Positions 38,730-53,049 are shown, numbered from the stretch's first letter. The stretch: DNA of 60,000 nt from Camelus dromedarius (GCF_036321535.1 NC_087436.1:82586001-82646000); one strand, 5' to 3'. Numbers and translations are program-made. Notes: a model not told the origin generated them from the sequence alone.

Positions 38730-38980
38730 AGACAGTTCTAATGACCACATCATTAAGAATTGGGGCCCATGGGGCAATGAAGATATTGTAGCCATCAAAA
38801 CAAAACAAAACAAAACAAAACAAAACAAAACAAAACAAAACAGAAGTTTGACAAAAACCACTAACCTTGTGGTGCAGTCTAACCCATTCCATCCTATTAA
38901 AACAGTGCTGATGGGGATCCACTAAACTGATTTCACACCCTGTAATGAGGGATGGCCCACCCTTTGCAAAGCAAGTGCCC
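38730..38980 (+). mobile_element. MER119-like hAT-Charlie fragment
   Basis: gatccactaaactgatttcacaccctgtaatgaggg...ctttgcaaagcaagtg; related copies at 48605-48780 and 51630-51800. Confidence 0.55.
38796..38842. repeat. (CAAAA)n pentanucleotide repeat
   Basis: about 9 perfect units. Confidence 0.95.
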
Positions 38981-39311
38981 ACAGAGTGGCATCCCTGGCA
39001 TCACAGGAGATGCCTGGGCCAAACATCAGAACCACCTCTGGGACTTTTCAAAAGTACGAATGCCCTGGTCTCACGCAAGACCAAGTACTCAGAATACCCA
39101 GAGGTTTATGAGGAAAGTTGCTGCAGCTTTTCACTTGACAGGTTTGGAGGGCAGCTGGATTGGGAGAATGACAAGAGTGGGTTCATTTGTTACTGAGAAG
39201 TGTGACAAGTGAAGTGATCTAGGTTTTGTGGAGCCATAAGTTTGTACAATTTTGGATTTCAATTTTAAGAAAAATAATATAAAATTAGGTAAGAATTTTT
39301 TTTTGAACCAC

Positions 39312-39685
39312 AAATTGTTTATTTTTGCTTTTATTTCCATTGCCTGGGTAGACTGCCCTAGGAGAACATTGCTAAGATTTATGTGAGAGAATGTTTGCTT
39401 ATGTTTTCTTCTAGGAGGTTTATAGTGTCTTATCTTATATTTAAGTCTTTAAGCCATTTGGAGTTTATTTTTGTGTATGGTGTGAGGGAGCATTCTAACT
39501 TCATTGATTTACATGCTGCTATCCAGTTTTCCCAAAACCACTTGCTGAAGAGACTGTCTTTTCTCCATTATATATTCTTGCCTCCTTTGTTGAAGATTAA
39601 TTGACTATAGGTGTGTGGGTTTATTTCTGGGCTCTCTGTTCTGTTCTGTTCGATTGATCCATATGTCTGTTTTTGTGCCAATAAA
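39312..39685 (-). mobile_element. internal L1 ORF2 fragment (relatively young)
   Basis: Homologous but not identical to ~24510-24860 of the full-length L1. Confidence 0.85.
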
Positions 39686-40152
39686 TATGGTTATTTTTAA
39701 ATGTAATCTTTCCTATTAATTTGGTGTTAAAATATCCTTCCTTATTTGAAATATTGGTGACAAAAGAGAGTAAGTTGCAAGTTTTGCAACTTTACCTTCT
39801 GGCTCTGCTATTATAGATTCCTTCAGTTTCAGTGGGTGTAGACAGGGGACAGAGAAAATGGAAGATTGCATGTGACAATTATGGCCAGGTTAGAAGAGCT
39901 TTTGTCTCTTTTGCCCACATTCCTTTACCAGAACTCAGTCCCTGGGTTCACCTTAGTTACATGAACAGCTGGGAAATGCGTACCAGGGAGAGAATGCATC
40001 CATGAACCACGGGATTTTCTTTACCCCATCGTTTTTTTCTTGGATTCTGATACAGTTTTCAGCAGTAGGACTAGGATATAATCATGTTTTTAGACCTCCA
40101 ATTTAACTATTTCATTAACTTTTACCACATAAAATGACAACCTCAACACCCA

Positions 40153-40672
40153 GTGTATTAGTTTTCTGTTGTCATGTAACAAACTTAGTGGCTCACAACA
40201 CCCAATTATTACCTCACAATTCTATGGATGTGGCTGGATTCCCCGCTTAAAGTCTTACAAGCCAAAATCAAAATGTGGGCAGTTAGAGGCATGGTTTTCT
40301 GGAGGCTCTAGGAAAAAATTCACTTCCAAGCTCATTTATGTTGTTGGCAGAATTGAACAGAATTCAAGTTTCCTACAGCTGTAGGATTCTGGTTCCCACT
40401 TCCTTGACTTGTAGCTTCTTCCTCCTCAAGCCAGCAATGGTGCATTGCACGCTTCTCATGCTTCGAATCTCACTATCTTCCTTTTCCGCTTTTGAGGGCC
40501 CAGGTGGTTACCTTGGGCCTATCCAGTTATCCAAGATAATCTCCCTATTTTAAGGTCAACTGATTCATAACCTTAATTATACCAGCAAAGTCTCTTTTGC
40601 CATGTAAGGTAACATATTCATGGGTGTAATACTGGGAGGCAAAGGTTATAGGGGCCAAAGTTTTGCCGACCA
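40153..40672 (-). mobile_element. MLT1D/E-like solo LTR
   Basis: tgtattagttttc...ttctggaggctctagg...aggtcaactgatt...ttttgccatgtaaggtaacatattca...ccaca. Confidence 0.8.
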
Positions 40673-41914
40673 CACTAGGAGTGTCTCACAGGGTTAGCCT
40701 TCCTTCTCATTTTACTTATTTTCCAAATGCACTAGGTCCCAAGAGACCTCCAGCACCTTGCCAACCTAGCCTTGGGGTACCAATTGTTACCGGGTTTTCT
40801 CTTCTGCCCAATTACAGGTGCACCACTGGCTGGGTGGGTGTGGAAGGGACTGGAGGGGTCGGGAGGCACCATAAATTGTGGTGGGACACTACTGTGCTTG
40901 ATTCTTCCCTATTTTAAAAAGCAAGCACATTGTGCTATGGAGCTGATACATTTTCAGTTCTACTCTCACTGTTATCCTAACTTATGAGATACTGAAATTA
41001 AATTTAAAAAGCATCTAAAAATAAAAATGCTTTTGCTAATACTAGAAAAGACCATTCAGGAATTTTTTTTTTTTTTTTGAACACTCACATTCCACAAACA
41101 TTCAGATCCCAGGAGGTCTCCAATAACTTGCAAACCTGACAGTCAAAGGTAGTGAATATCATTGGTCTTTCTCCTCAGCTCAAGTCTAGGAGGTTCACAT
41201 TTCTGGCATATTTTGAGCCAAGCTGATAACTCACAGGCAAGAACAATGTGTTACACGCCTTCTTTGTAAGTCTCACTGACTTTCAAGCTTTCCAAGTTGC
41301 TATGAGCATATTAGCAATTCATTGAATTCTTGTCCAGCGAAGGGATGAATGGATAAATGAATGAATGAATAAAACTTGATAAAGTGCTGTTCAACCATTG
41401 CAACATTTTAAGCAAATAAAACAGAAGAAGACATCATGTAGTGAGGCCAATGTGTATAAGAAAAGCTATTAATGTCAGCAGAAAGGGCAGGCTCATATCG
41501 TGTATTTTAACAATGGTTTCACTTGTTATGTCTGAGCTCCAGAACGACTTGTTGTAAAAGGATCTTTTTTGTATTCTATGCCACTAGTTTATATGTTTTA
41601 AGATGGCATCACACAAACTGCTTCCAATAAAAACAGTATTTTTCATAGACAGATAATTATAATTTTTGCATTGTCTTTCAAAACTAGGCACACCATGTTC
41701 CTCAAAGGTAGAGACTTGATGTCAAGAAGTAAACACACAAAATGAAGTCTGACCTGCCGGTTCTTTTTGTGGCAGGGAGTGTTTGTGCACCACTGATCAC
41801 TTCGGTAGAAAAACACTTGTTAAAATAGTGTGTATGAATGTAATCCTCTGAGTGTTTTGCTTTTCATTAAATTGTCTTAAGATTCTATCAATAAAATGAA
41901 GGTACTAACTTTAA

Positions 41915-43390
41915 AAAATTTAAACGTATTGTAAAATAATCCCATACTTATAGGAGAGTTGCCAGAACAGATAGAAGAGCTGCTGTGTCCCTTTCACCCA
42001 GATTCCTCAAGTGTTAATATTTCCCTGCACTTGCTGTGTCACTCACAGTCCATTATCATTCATCTGTTTCTGAAATCTTTGGAGAGTAAGTTGCAGAAAT
42101 GATGTACCATCCCCCCAAATTACTCCAGTGTGTATTTCATAAAAGTGATGACACATATAAAAACAACCCCTAGCTTTCCAAATAAATGGTTGACACCTGT
42201 CTGAAGACCCCATTCAAATTGCGCCAGATCTCTCTCCCCCACCCTTTTGATTCAGGATCCTACCAGGAAAATGAGTTGAATTTAGCTGTCTTGTCTGTTA
42301 AGACACTTTCAGTTTGGAACGTTTCCCACTCTTTATCTGCTTTTTCACGTACTTGACAGTTTTAAAGAGTAGGAGCCTTAGATACCCGTAGGATGATCTT
42401 CAGTGAATGAGGATCATGTGATGTGTTCTTATGACCAGACTCTGGCCATGAGATGCTGGCAGGGGTACCACTGAAGTGATGTGGTGCTCTTCTTAGTGCT
42501 TCGTGTCAGGGAAACACGATGTTCAACCATCCTACCTCTGGTGGTGTTAACCTTGACCACTTGGCATGTTGTTCCCTACCACATTTCTCCACCATAAAGT
42601 CACCATTTCCCCTTTGCAGTTGGTTAGTATTTGGGGTATGTATGAGGGGAGTTATTCTGATATTGTGCCCCATTCAATCTCTGCCCGCCAGTTTTAGCAT
42701 CCATTGATAGTTTTGTCTCAATCAACCTCCTCTGTGATGGTTGCAAAATGGTTGTTCTCTGTTATCTATATTTAATAGTTGACATTTTTCAAGGAAAATT
42801 TTTTTCCTCTACTCTACCTATTCCTTTATTTCTGTATAGACTCATAGATTCCTATTTTATTATGATTTGTAATCTTTTACTATCATTATTTTGATGCTCA
42901 AATTGTCCCCATTTTGACCAGTGGGAGCCCCTTCAAGTTGGTTCCTGTGCTCCTTTGATATGTCCTATGTTCTTTGAATATTTACATGCTTTCCGATATA
43001 AGAAGATATTCCAGGCTCATCTTTTATCTCAGTATTTATTTCTCCAGGAAGCTCTGATTCCTTTAGAGGAGAATAGTATTTAGAAACCAAGATCTGGGTG
43101 CTTGGTCTACTTATTACTACTGGGGTGTCATTGCTTCTAGGCTTTCTTAATAGTCAGAAATAAGATTTATAAGTGTGCATACAAATACTCACATATACAC
43201 CTGAACCATTCCTATCTGTATGTACGTATTATAAAACCAGGAGTTCACATCCTTACCTCTGATTTTAATTCAGTATCTCAAGGTTCTTTCTAGCCTTCCC
43301 CCTTTTAATGTTGAATAGCTTTTCTGGCAGTAAAAAACTTGGATCTCATTTTCCCCAATTTATTTACTCATTTGGTCAAAACAACCAGTT
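41915..43390 (-). mobile_element. L1MC-like 3' end
   Basis: cctttcacccagattcctc...gagagtaagttgcaga...ggccagtgggagccccttcaagttgg-like...tttagaaaccaagatctgggtgct. Confidence 0.75.
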
Positions 43391-43949
43391 CCCAATCATG
43401 CCAGTCATTTCCTTCTATGGCCTCCTCAGTCTCCCTACCCGCTATTGTCCTCAGCCAATAAACCTGCTGGACTGTGCCTCCCCATGGATGCCCCCAAACA
43501 CTTTGCTGCCTGGATGTCTTCAGCCACCTTTTTGACTTCACGTTGGGAAAGAGAAGGGGAAGGGGCAAGACATCGTCTTTTAAATTTCATCGAAATTCAT
43601 TGCTGTTGGTTTTACATGGTACCAATCTGGCCAAATCTCATTCAATTTCCATTGACTAAATTTTGATATTTTTCAATTAGAGTTCAGAATATTATGAACA
43701 AATACATGTTTCATCTTGTGGATAATAATGATTATGGTTAATCATAGATAACAAAATTTTGAAACAAGTCCTAATTAGTATTTTATTTATGAATTGCCTT
43801 AAGGAGAAAGAGCTGAGAGAACATACAAAAATACATATAATCAAGATATTGGAAGTAGTTGATAAAAGAAAGAAAAAACAAAGATAGGAACAGAAAATGG
43901 AGCCAAAAAAATTAGAGAAAAAAAGTGCACCTTATAGACTTCATTGGAC

Positions 43950-44210
43950 TGAGCCATGACTGTATCTCTAGGTTTTCTCACCCATTCTGCCTGGGTTTGG
44001 ATCCTGACTCTACTAATCACTAGATCAGGTCCTGGACAAGGCACTTAAGCTCCCTGTGCCTCAGTTTCCTCATTTGTGAAATGAAGATAAAAATAAAAAT
44101 CCCCTCATGGGATTGTTGTGAGAATTAAATAAGTTAATTTATGTAATTCATGTAAAGCTCTTAGTGCTTAGCATGTAAGTTCTCAATCAAGTCTACTTAT
44201 TATTAGTTGA
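43950..44210 (+). mobile_element. MIR
   Basis: ctgtgcctcagtttcctcatttgtgaaatgaagataa. Confidence 0.85.
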
Positions 44211-46039
44211 AGTGGGATTACTTTCTCCAGTTTTTATAAGGATAAAACAACTCAGAGGCCTGGAAATTTAACATGCTTCTCAGACGTTCTCAGTGTCATT
44301 TCCTCAACCGGGCATTTAGCAGGTATCTGCCCCACATTTCTAAACCAAGGCTTCTATTTAGGGTTTGAAGTATAACTATTGGGTATCACTGATGGAAGAG
44401 CTGGACCCCTTAGTTATCTAAGAGGGGACAACGGTAAAGAAAAAAGATTCTTAAGAAAATCAAGGATCTGGACTGTCCTCTTAATTATGCCAGCAGAGAG
44501 CAGAAAGCCTCTTTCCTCAGAGGAGAGCCTACCTATGGATATGCAGAAGTGCCTGGACAAGAAATTGATGGAGACCCCAGAGTCCCATGTTCTAATGTGA
44601 CAAATCCACAAAGGAAGATCTGAAGAATAATCACATCAGTTGTCACCCTCATCCATGAAAGAAACAATGTCTCAGAGTCTGGGGAGAAGAGCATCTTAAT
44701 AAATGCCAGCCTGAATTTTCTGCAAAATGTATCCCAAGCAGCTGAATGAAGTGACTGATGGGTAGGGTCTCTTGGCATCATTCACTGGTACATTGAATGA
44801 TGTCTGTCAAAATTCTATTTTAACCTTCTCATCTTGACAGTGACTTTTCAAGAAATCTGCTCGTATTTCATTATAAGATAGGGAAGTTTGTTTTCTTATT
44901 TTTATAAGGCTATTTTTGTCATTAAAATATGTAATTCAAACTTAAAGTTTAAAAAATGGTTTATAAAGAGCATTCTTTTCTGCTCTTTTGTAGTAAGACT
45001 GTTTAAAACTTTCCTTTATTGATTTGCCAGCATCAGTGCAAATCAGGGTCATTTTAGAAATGTGGCTTTATATTGTGCTGATTAAGTCAAAGTTTGCACT
45101 GTGATCTTGTGTCCCTCTACTATTTTCATCCTCTGACATGATTTTTAGATACTGATGAAATATAGCCTGCTAAAAACAGCATCAACATTTCTGAATAATG
45201 AATCAGTTCCTTCCTGATTGGGAACGTGGGCATGTTGGTGACATTAATTATCACATATCTTCAAACTTTGAAGATGATTATGGTATAGCTTTCTGCCCCC
45301 CCCCAAACACAGCAGACATCAATTTAGACAAAATACAGACATAATTATAGCCCTGACAAACTGGGTAGAATGGTAAATTTTCCTTTGTGACTGAACACTT
45401 TGGCAGTACTCCAAGTGAAGACCCTGGCCTGCCAAATCTAACCGGTTTTCTCTTGTAGGAGCTGATCCTTGCCCCACTCTTGTCTCCCCCACAGAGAACA
45501 CATCCTTTGATGTGTGAGGGTACTCTGTAGAAAAGAGATTCAAGAATTAGCTTAAAATGTGTGAAGTAATACTTTCGACTAAATGCATCACTGAGAAACT
45601 GACATGTTTTCTAACTCTGAGGGTGTTTTAACTTTGGATAGAAATAGAGTTTACTTTGCAATACTCCTTGGTATAGTACAGTATCTTCTAAACATTCTGC
45701 ATGTGTGAATGTCAATTTGCTGTAATTTCCCTGTCCTCTGATTCGGTGCCCACATCCATTCTCTCTACCAATCTGCTCCTGTTGCCACCCCCACACCAGA
45801 ACAGAGGAGGGCTCCAGTCCCAGTAGAGGTGGGCATTTCACTCATGCTGAGGAGGTGGTGGCAGAAGGGGTAGCCGCAGGAGGTGGGGGCTGGAGGAAGG
45901 AGCGCAGAACCAGCAGACGGAAGAATACTCTTTGAGCTTTCACTTAGCAGGCTCAACACGTGCACCATATCAGAGTGAGACGCCAGGACATTTTCTGTAA
46001 AATTACCTTTTCTGTAGAGAAATAGAGAAACCTCAATGT

Positions 46040-46240
46040 CAATAATAATAGCTAATACACCTATAGTTCTTTTCTGTTTACAAAGTATTTTCAATAACAT
46101 AATCTTGTTTGATTCTTACAGCAACTCTTTGAAGTAGGCATAAAAGGCCTTATTATTATTCAGCCCACCTCACTTCTGCAAATGAGATGACTGAGGTTCA
46201 GAAAGGTTAAATGGTTTACTAAAAATTTACAAAGCTAAGA
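46040..46240 (-). mobile_element. MIR
   Basis: ttgattcttacagcaactctttgaagtagg...actgaggttcagaaaggttaaatgg. Confidence 0.75.
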
Positions 46241-47169
46241 ATCATTATCATCATTGTCATAGCAGCTAACATTTGTCTCATACTTATTATATGGCAGGCA
46301 TGGTATTAAGTGCTTTATATGGACAGTTCTTTTAACCTAAGACACCCAATTGCTGAGCCAAAAGACAAAAATAACCAGTCATGCTCCATTTCCACTATAT
46401 GGAAATGCCTTTCTTAACAATAAATCTCAGATATTCAAAAGCAGCTCCTCAGTCTATTTGCTGTGACAAAGCCCAATATCAGATTTACATTTTCTGAAAA
46501 CCACAGTTCCTATAGCCTCTTAGCTCATAGTTAAACCTACTTTTAAAAGACTTTGAAAAAAATTCATTTAAATTGATTGTTCTGTCCAAATTCTTTCATT
46601 TGTCTTTCAATTAAGTTGATGAATCTTATGAATTCATGCAGAGTTGTCAGAAAAAAAGTAGATACATGGTCCCATTGAAGGTTGTCTTTGTCCTTTAGCA
46701 TAACGCAATAATTCAGGCACTCAATATGAAAATAGTTCAGTTATGCAAAGATACTCAAAGAATAACTTTATGGTTGACTGTATGAAGACTTGCTGTCTCT
46801 GCTGAGAATAGGTTATCTACCTAAAAATGCATTGGAATGACTCATAATTTCCTGATGAAGAGATGACTTTTTACCCTTTCTTTGGATCTGGGTATGTTAA
46901 AACATTTATAATATATAAAAACAAAGAAAGTATGCTTCACTAATCACCAGCTCTAAATGTTTAATTTAAATATTTTGTTCACTTACTGCAGAGTCATCAT
47001 GTTTGTAGCAGTCTTGTCACCACTCTCTCAATCTTCGGTGGACCTTGCTAAGTGTGAGAAACATCCATTTCCTCTAAATCAGGACTCAAAGCAGCCTCCA
47101 AGCTTGCACTCTAGGCAGTTTTAGTCAACCACAGTTGGCACCTACAAAGAAACCTAAACGTGAGTAAGA

Positions 47170-48160
47170 TCAACCATTGTATCAAAGTCCACATCCTGGT
47201 TGAGATACTGTATTACGGTTCTGTAAGATATTAGCATTGGGGAAAACTGGGTGAAGGGTACTCCAAAGCTATTCTTACCATCTGCTACCAAATATATGGG
47301 GCTTCTTGTCATCTGCTACCAAATATATGGGGTTTTTCCCTACATGAATCAATTCTCCTACACCAGCTACATATCTGCAATTCAATTCATTTCTGACACC
47401 ACTACCTGAGGTTAGTGTCAGATCCCACAAGTTAAGGGCTCAGTTTCATAAGACTGCCTCCACTTCAGAAGCCAATCTCAAGTCCCCGGCCTCCCATACA
47501 TCTGGCTGACCAACTCTAAACCAGGGCCTCCCACGACCCCCTCCTCAGGTTTGATAATTTGCTAGAACTGCTCACAGAACTTAGGAAGGCACCATATTTA
47601 CTGGTTTATTATACAGATCGAACTCAGAAACAGCCAAATGGAAGAAATGCATAGGGCAAGGTGGGGTGAAGGGAACTTCCATGCCCTTTCTGGGCACCTG
47701 ACCCTCCCAGGACTTTGTATTTTTTCACTAACCTTGGAACCTCTCTGAACCCTGCCATTTAGTGGTATTTATGGATGTCCCATTATGTAGGCTTGATTGA
47801 TCACATCATTAGCCATGATGATTAACTCAATCGTCAGGTCCTCTCCCCTCCTTTGAGGTCAGAGGGCACAGCTGAAAGTTCCAGCCTTCTAATCATGCCT
47901 TGATCTTTCTGGTGACCAGGACCCATTCAGAAGCTATGTAGGAGCCCCCAGCCCCCAGCCCCCAGCCATCTCATTAGCATACAAAAGACACCCGTAGCAC
48001 TGGGAAGATTCCAAAGGCTTTAGGAGCTGTGCGCCAAGAATTGGAGACAAAGACCATATATTATTTCTTATTATTACAGGTAGACAAGATTGCTGTTTTA
48101 TTTCTTACAACTGCATATGAATCTACAGTTATTTCAAAACTAAAAGTTTAAATAAAAAAT
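47170..48160 (+). mobile_element. L1MB-like 3' end split by an LTR
   Basis: cattggggaaaactgggtgaaggg (47236) ... tttcttacaactgcatatgaatctaca...aaataaaaa (48100-48158). Confidence 0.7.
47270..48078 (-). mobile_element. MER21-like ERV solo LTR
   Basis: ttctgacacc...gttagtgtcagatcccacaagttaagggctcag...ctcattagcatacaaaagaca. Confidence 0.75.
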
Positions 48161-48389
48161 CTATTTGTCACTTGGGATTTGCAGTAATTTCAAAGAGAAT
48201 CTCTCTCATGTGATAATAGAATGACCACTTGAATTAAATCAGACAGTTGTAGAGCAGGCAAGGCACTAGTTCACCCAGTTTAGCTCTTTTATTTCAGAAT
48301 GAAGAAACAGAGGCCAAGCGAAATTAAATGACTCTTGCTGCGATGCCTGAATCTATTTATATACGTAATACCTTAAGTGGAAAAAAAAA

Positions 48390-48600
48390 AAGACATTTAT
48401 TAGGTGACGAGTTTGTGACAGACACTGTGCTAAAGAAGTTTATATACATGATCTCATTTTGCTTCCCAAGAATTCTTGTAGGTATTATTCTCATTTTACA
48501 ACTGAAGAAATTGAAGCTTGTCATAAGTCATAAAATTAGCAAGTGATGGAGCCTGGATTCAAACTCCCTGTGAATCTAGAGCAGTTAGGTTTCTGCTACA
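48390..48600 (-). mobile_element. MIR
   Basis: gtaggtattattctcattttacaactgaagaaattgaag...ggagcctggattcaaactc. Confidence 0.75.
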
Positions 48601-49719
48601 CATTTTAAAACTTTTCCCACTACAATCCATTGCAAAAATATTACGTTGTAACCTAAAGACACATAAAGATGGAAACAATTTTTTTCAAGTATCCTATGTG
48701 TGATGCCCTATTCTATCCTTTCATTAAAAATGCACTATAATTGATTTTATGATCCATTAATGGGGGTTGTGATCTACACAGCATGCTATTTTCCCTTTCC
48801 TGTGACCATTCCATTGATATTTGTGGGAGAATCTTTCTTTTCATACTAACAAACAGCCCTCTTTTTAGCTTTGCTCAGATGTTACATACGAAAAATTAAA
48901 GGAGAAGTTGTCTTAGTTAGCCTTTGCTTACTTAAATTCATAATAGCTTGTGCAAAACTTCATAGCATGATTCTTCCTGTGGCCTTGGGCATTTTAGCCA
49001 CCACCACTCCCCTCTTCTCTCTCTGTCCTCTCTCTTTCTTCCTGACCACATCCCTGTGAGGGGGCAGATAGACCCATTCAAATTGAACCCTGTCATTTTC
49101 TGAACTGATGGGTGGTTTGTTGTTTGAGGAGACTCCAAGGCCTTGTCTATAAGAGGCAAATGTAGGCAAGTTATCCGCTGATTTACATTTGGCTTAAAAC
49201 TTTCTCTGGGTGGGTGTGTTGGGTGGTAGCAGTGGTGGAGTTGGGCTATGTATCATTTGCCCTGGCAGTACTCCACAGGACAGGGTGTGCTTGGGTGGCC
49301 TGGCATTCCCAGCTCATTTCCTGCTGGATGCCATGATGTACTCACTGGGGACACCTATATCACCCATTCACAAGCCTTCCTTGGGTAATGACATATCAGG
49401 GCTTTCAATTTCCTGGCCCCCTGTGGGATTCCTTTTAGAGCCCAGAAATGCCATTGATCTGTCAGTGGTTGTGTTAGATTTTGATAATTGCTGGCATTGA
49501 TTTGGCCTTCTGGGTGTCAGGGACTGAGTGAAACACTTCACACACATTATCTTGTTGAACCCTCAGAGCGGCCCTGTGATGAAGATGTTATTACAGCCTT
49601 TAATATTAGCAAAAGGGCTAGGTAGGCAGGTGGCTTTTGTTCGATAAGCACTTAGAAGGGCAGGGAACTGCTGAGTTAGAAAACGTAATGGGAAAGGAGG
49701 TTGTAGAGATGAGGTTTAT

Positions 49720-49753
49720 ACACACACACACACACACACACAACACATACACA
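49720..49753. repeat. (CA)n microsatellite
   Basis: acacacacacacacacacacaca. Confidence 0.9.
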
Positions 49754-50010
49754 CCAAAAATAAAGTTTTGAGGAATTTTGCTGTCCAAGTTAAGCCTGTC
49801 CTGCTTTCTTCCTTTTCTGGCCTTGATCATCTGGGCTCTGTCATCATCTGTTTCAGCCAACAGTATGACAATTTAAATCCTAGAATTTTCTATCCTTGGC
49901 TTTTCTCATTTAGAAAAGAAGATTGAAATTGGCTCTTAGATCTGAGCTTATTTTGTAATCACAGGCAGACTCAGCTTTCAAGTGAAAGATACTTCAGTTT
50001 TCTTGTTGGC

Positions 50011-50215
50011 CCTGGTTCTCAAATATTAGTAAACACCAGAATAATCGAAGAAGCATCTTAAAATGCAGATTTCTGAGCCCCACGCATATTGATTCTGATT
50101 CAGTAGATCAGAGGTGGCTCCTTGAAATCTACATTTTAAACAAATTTCGATTTAATAATTTGAATCAAAGTGATTCAGATTCAAATTCTCTAAGAACCAT
50201 GTTATGAAAAGTGCT
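50011..50215. mobile_element. MER5A/B hAT-Charlie MITE
   Basis: ggttctcaaa...ttaaaatgcagatttctgagcccc...gattctgattcagtag...atctacattttaaacaa. Confidence 0.8.
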
Positions 50216-50699
50216 AATTTGAGGTGTTATAAGATGTATGCAGGAGAAATCCACATTGTGGGACTGCCTCCTTCTTAATCCTGTCTTTAAAGCTGCCTTA
50301 GGAAAATTAAATAAATAAAATAAATAAAAGGACAGTGGACCAAGAAGAAATAAAATCTTAGCAATGCAGTGAACTTTTGGGTCGATGGCAAAAGTTACAC
50401 TGCATTACCTAAGGAAAAAATTCATAGTTACAATTTCAGAAAAATAAAAATTAAACATGAAAAAAAAATGTCTTAGGGAGGGCCTCAAAGATTTTTATTA
50501 AGACAATAACCATAATAGTTATTAATAACAACCATGGATGGAGAGTTAAGCAGTGCTTCAGAGCTGTTTAAAAAGAGTTCTCAGCCACATCTAATCAACC
50601 AGAACACGGGTCCCCTGCACAAACATGAGGACCAACATGGAAAACCTTCTCTGTCTGCCAGAGACTGTCAGTGCTCTTCATATCTGAATGTTCTCTGTC

Positions 50700-51045
50700 T
50701 TTGCTTCTCTTGGAAATGGTTTGGCTCTGTGACTGGGTTCTGGCCAGTGGAATGTGGATGAAAGTAAAGATCCACTTACAGGCCTGATTCCTAAAATATC
50801 CAGCATAGTTTTGTTTTTTTTAATACTTCTTCCCTTCCCCATCTTCAGATAGGTAATACCAGGTGACCTTGAAGCTTCGTGATGGTAGAAAAGTAAGATG
50901 GTAACAGCCTGGGTTCCTGAGTCGCTACCCACAGGAGAGCTACTTTGAATTGTGGCACAAGCAACACGAAGGCTCCATTGCTCGAAGCCCCAGAAAATGT
51001 GGGGTTTATTTATTTTGGCAGCATAGTCTACCCTCCCCTGACTGC
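50700..51045 (+). mobile_element. old MaLR LTR fragment
   Basis: tgtgactgggttctggccagtggaatgtg...cagcctgggttcctgagtc...gcagcatag. Confidence 0.65.
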
Positions 51046-51804
51046 TATGTTTCTAACAACCAATTAATAATCATGATGGAAATTCTTCCTTTACTGTAGC
51101 AGAACAGAATAATTTGAACTGAATCCCCCACTGGTGCCAATAACCCAGCAGAACAAAGCCTGAGCAATCTTGCCCCTTCAAACCAATAGTCCACACAGAA
51201 CTATTCAACCAAATATTTGCTGAAAAGTTATAACAGGTAATCTTGTTTAGCATGCAAGAAATAACTACCCTTTTTCATCTGTGAAAAGTTGCTGACCCTA
51301 TGCCTGAAACTTGATCACAAACCAACTTTTTCTTTACTGCTTTGTTGACAGAAAGTTATGAACTCCCTCAAATCTCAGAAAGAAATAATGGCCACAAATT
51401 AAATGGTTCTTACATTCAACCACTGCTACATAATCAATGGGAAAATAGAAACTAACATGGCATCTAAAAGGATGAAAAATAATGAAAACCTAAGAAGGTA
51501 CCGCTACCAATCTTCAAATGTCTTAAGAATGCAGTCATTTAACTTGACCTATTATCTTTCCCATGAACTTTGAATAATGACTTTATTTACTAATCTGAGA
51601 TAAACTGTTTTTACTTCTTTGGGCTGGAGCAGTGTTTTCCAACTGCCCATCATGACCTATCAGTGAGTCATAAATCAGTTCAGGGCTTTGAAACCATGAT
51701 AAACAACACTATAAAAGAAATATAAGAGAGACTATCAAAGTATATCACAAATAGGATAAATATTATATTTTATGAAAATTGTTTCTGGTATAAACACATA
51801 AACA

Positions 51805-52449
51805 CAGACGAGTTTTGTTATTAAGGTAGTTATGATCTACTTAGTTGCCTTGAACAGTCAATTAGTGAATACTGAACCATTGCTCCTAGGGGAAATACAG
51901 GGTTAGGTTCCTGTGAGCCTCTGGTCCCAACATTTTTCATCCACTGATCAATACATAACTTTGTTTTGTGTGTGTTTCTGTTTAAAGACACCTTATTAAT
52001 ACATATATATATATTGTTTATTGATTGACATTGAACTCGCAGCCAACAGCACCATAACTCATGCCTTAATGAAGGTCATCTAACATGTATGTTCTCCATA
52101 TGACACATCACAGCCTTCCTGCACTCTGGAACACTAGACAGCACTTCAGCACTATGCTTGGGGCCACTTTAAACAGCAAAATCACTAACAAAACGCACAA
52201 AATACAAAAATAGACTAAAAAATGACATGTTTACAGTGTGAAAGCTGAAACCGAAGTTTAAGTGCTACCTTGCTTGACTTCAGCTAGGGACTTGCACATA
52301 AGACAACTCAATTTTTTTGCTACTCTCTGCATATGCATATCCTTGACTGACCGTGAAATGACAGTAAATATATATTTGGAGTTACAAATAAATGTTAGGA
52401 GTTTGGCGAATTAGCAAATATGGAATCTTTGCATAATCAGGATTGACTA
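51805..52449 (+). mobile_element. MER82-like TcMar-Tigger element
   Basis: aattagtgaatactgaaccattgctcctaggggaaatacagggttaggttcctgtgagcctctgg. Confidence 0.8.
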
Positions 52450-53049
52450 TCAAAGTTATTGCATATCAAGGGATTGTCTTGATTAAAAGCAGGATGATTT
52501 ATGAATATATTTATGTTAATATATGCAACAAGGTTTATATATAAATAACATGTAACTAAAATAAAAAGATACTATAGGTAAGACCTTTAAATTCTGTCAC
52601 ATAATAGATAATGAACAGAAATGCCACTGATGGTTCAAAGAATGGAGCTTCTTTAATGACAAATTACCTGTGTCCTTCATGGAATCTAGACCGATGCCTT
52701 TCACTACAAATTTGCTGACCAAATGATTGGTAGCCAAAGATGTTCAACTAATCTTAGAAGAGTTCTGTCACAGCCTGGAGTAGCTGCTCAGATTCAGAGA
52801 AGCTTCAGTTGTAGCAGCTCTGTCTAAACACTTCCCTAGCCTAGTCCTAGTTCGTCTTCCTCCACAGAACTGGTCTGAGAAGTGGTGGGATATGAGATCC
52901 CCTGCAGCCCAGTAAGGCTAATGGATGTTTGTACCAGAGTGCGAGAGCATTGACTCTCTTCAAATATATGATTGTCTCTCCTGCAATGAAAAAAAATGAC
53001 AAAATAACCACCTGGAGAGCAGCTTTACATCTGCTGATAGAATCCAATC

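Noticed and set aside
44490..45920. CTCF-like motifs (ccagcagagagcag near 44490; ccagtagaggtggg near 45821)
   Set aside because: Imperfect matches of a kind expected by chance in 60 kb; no supporting data
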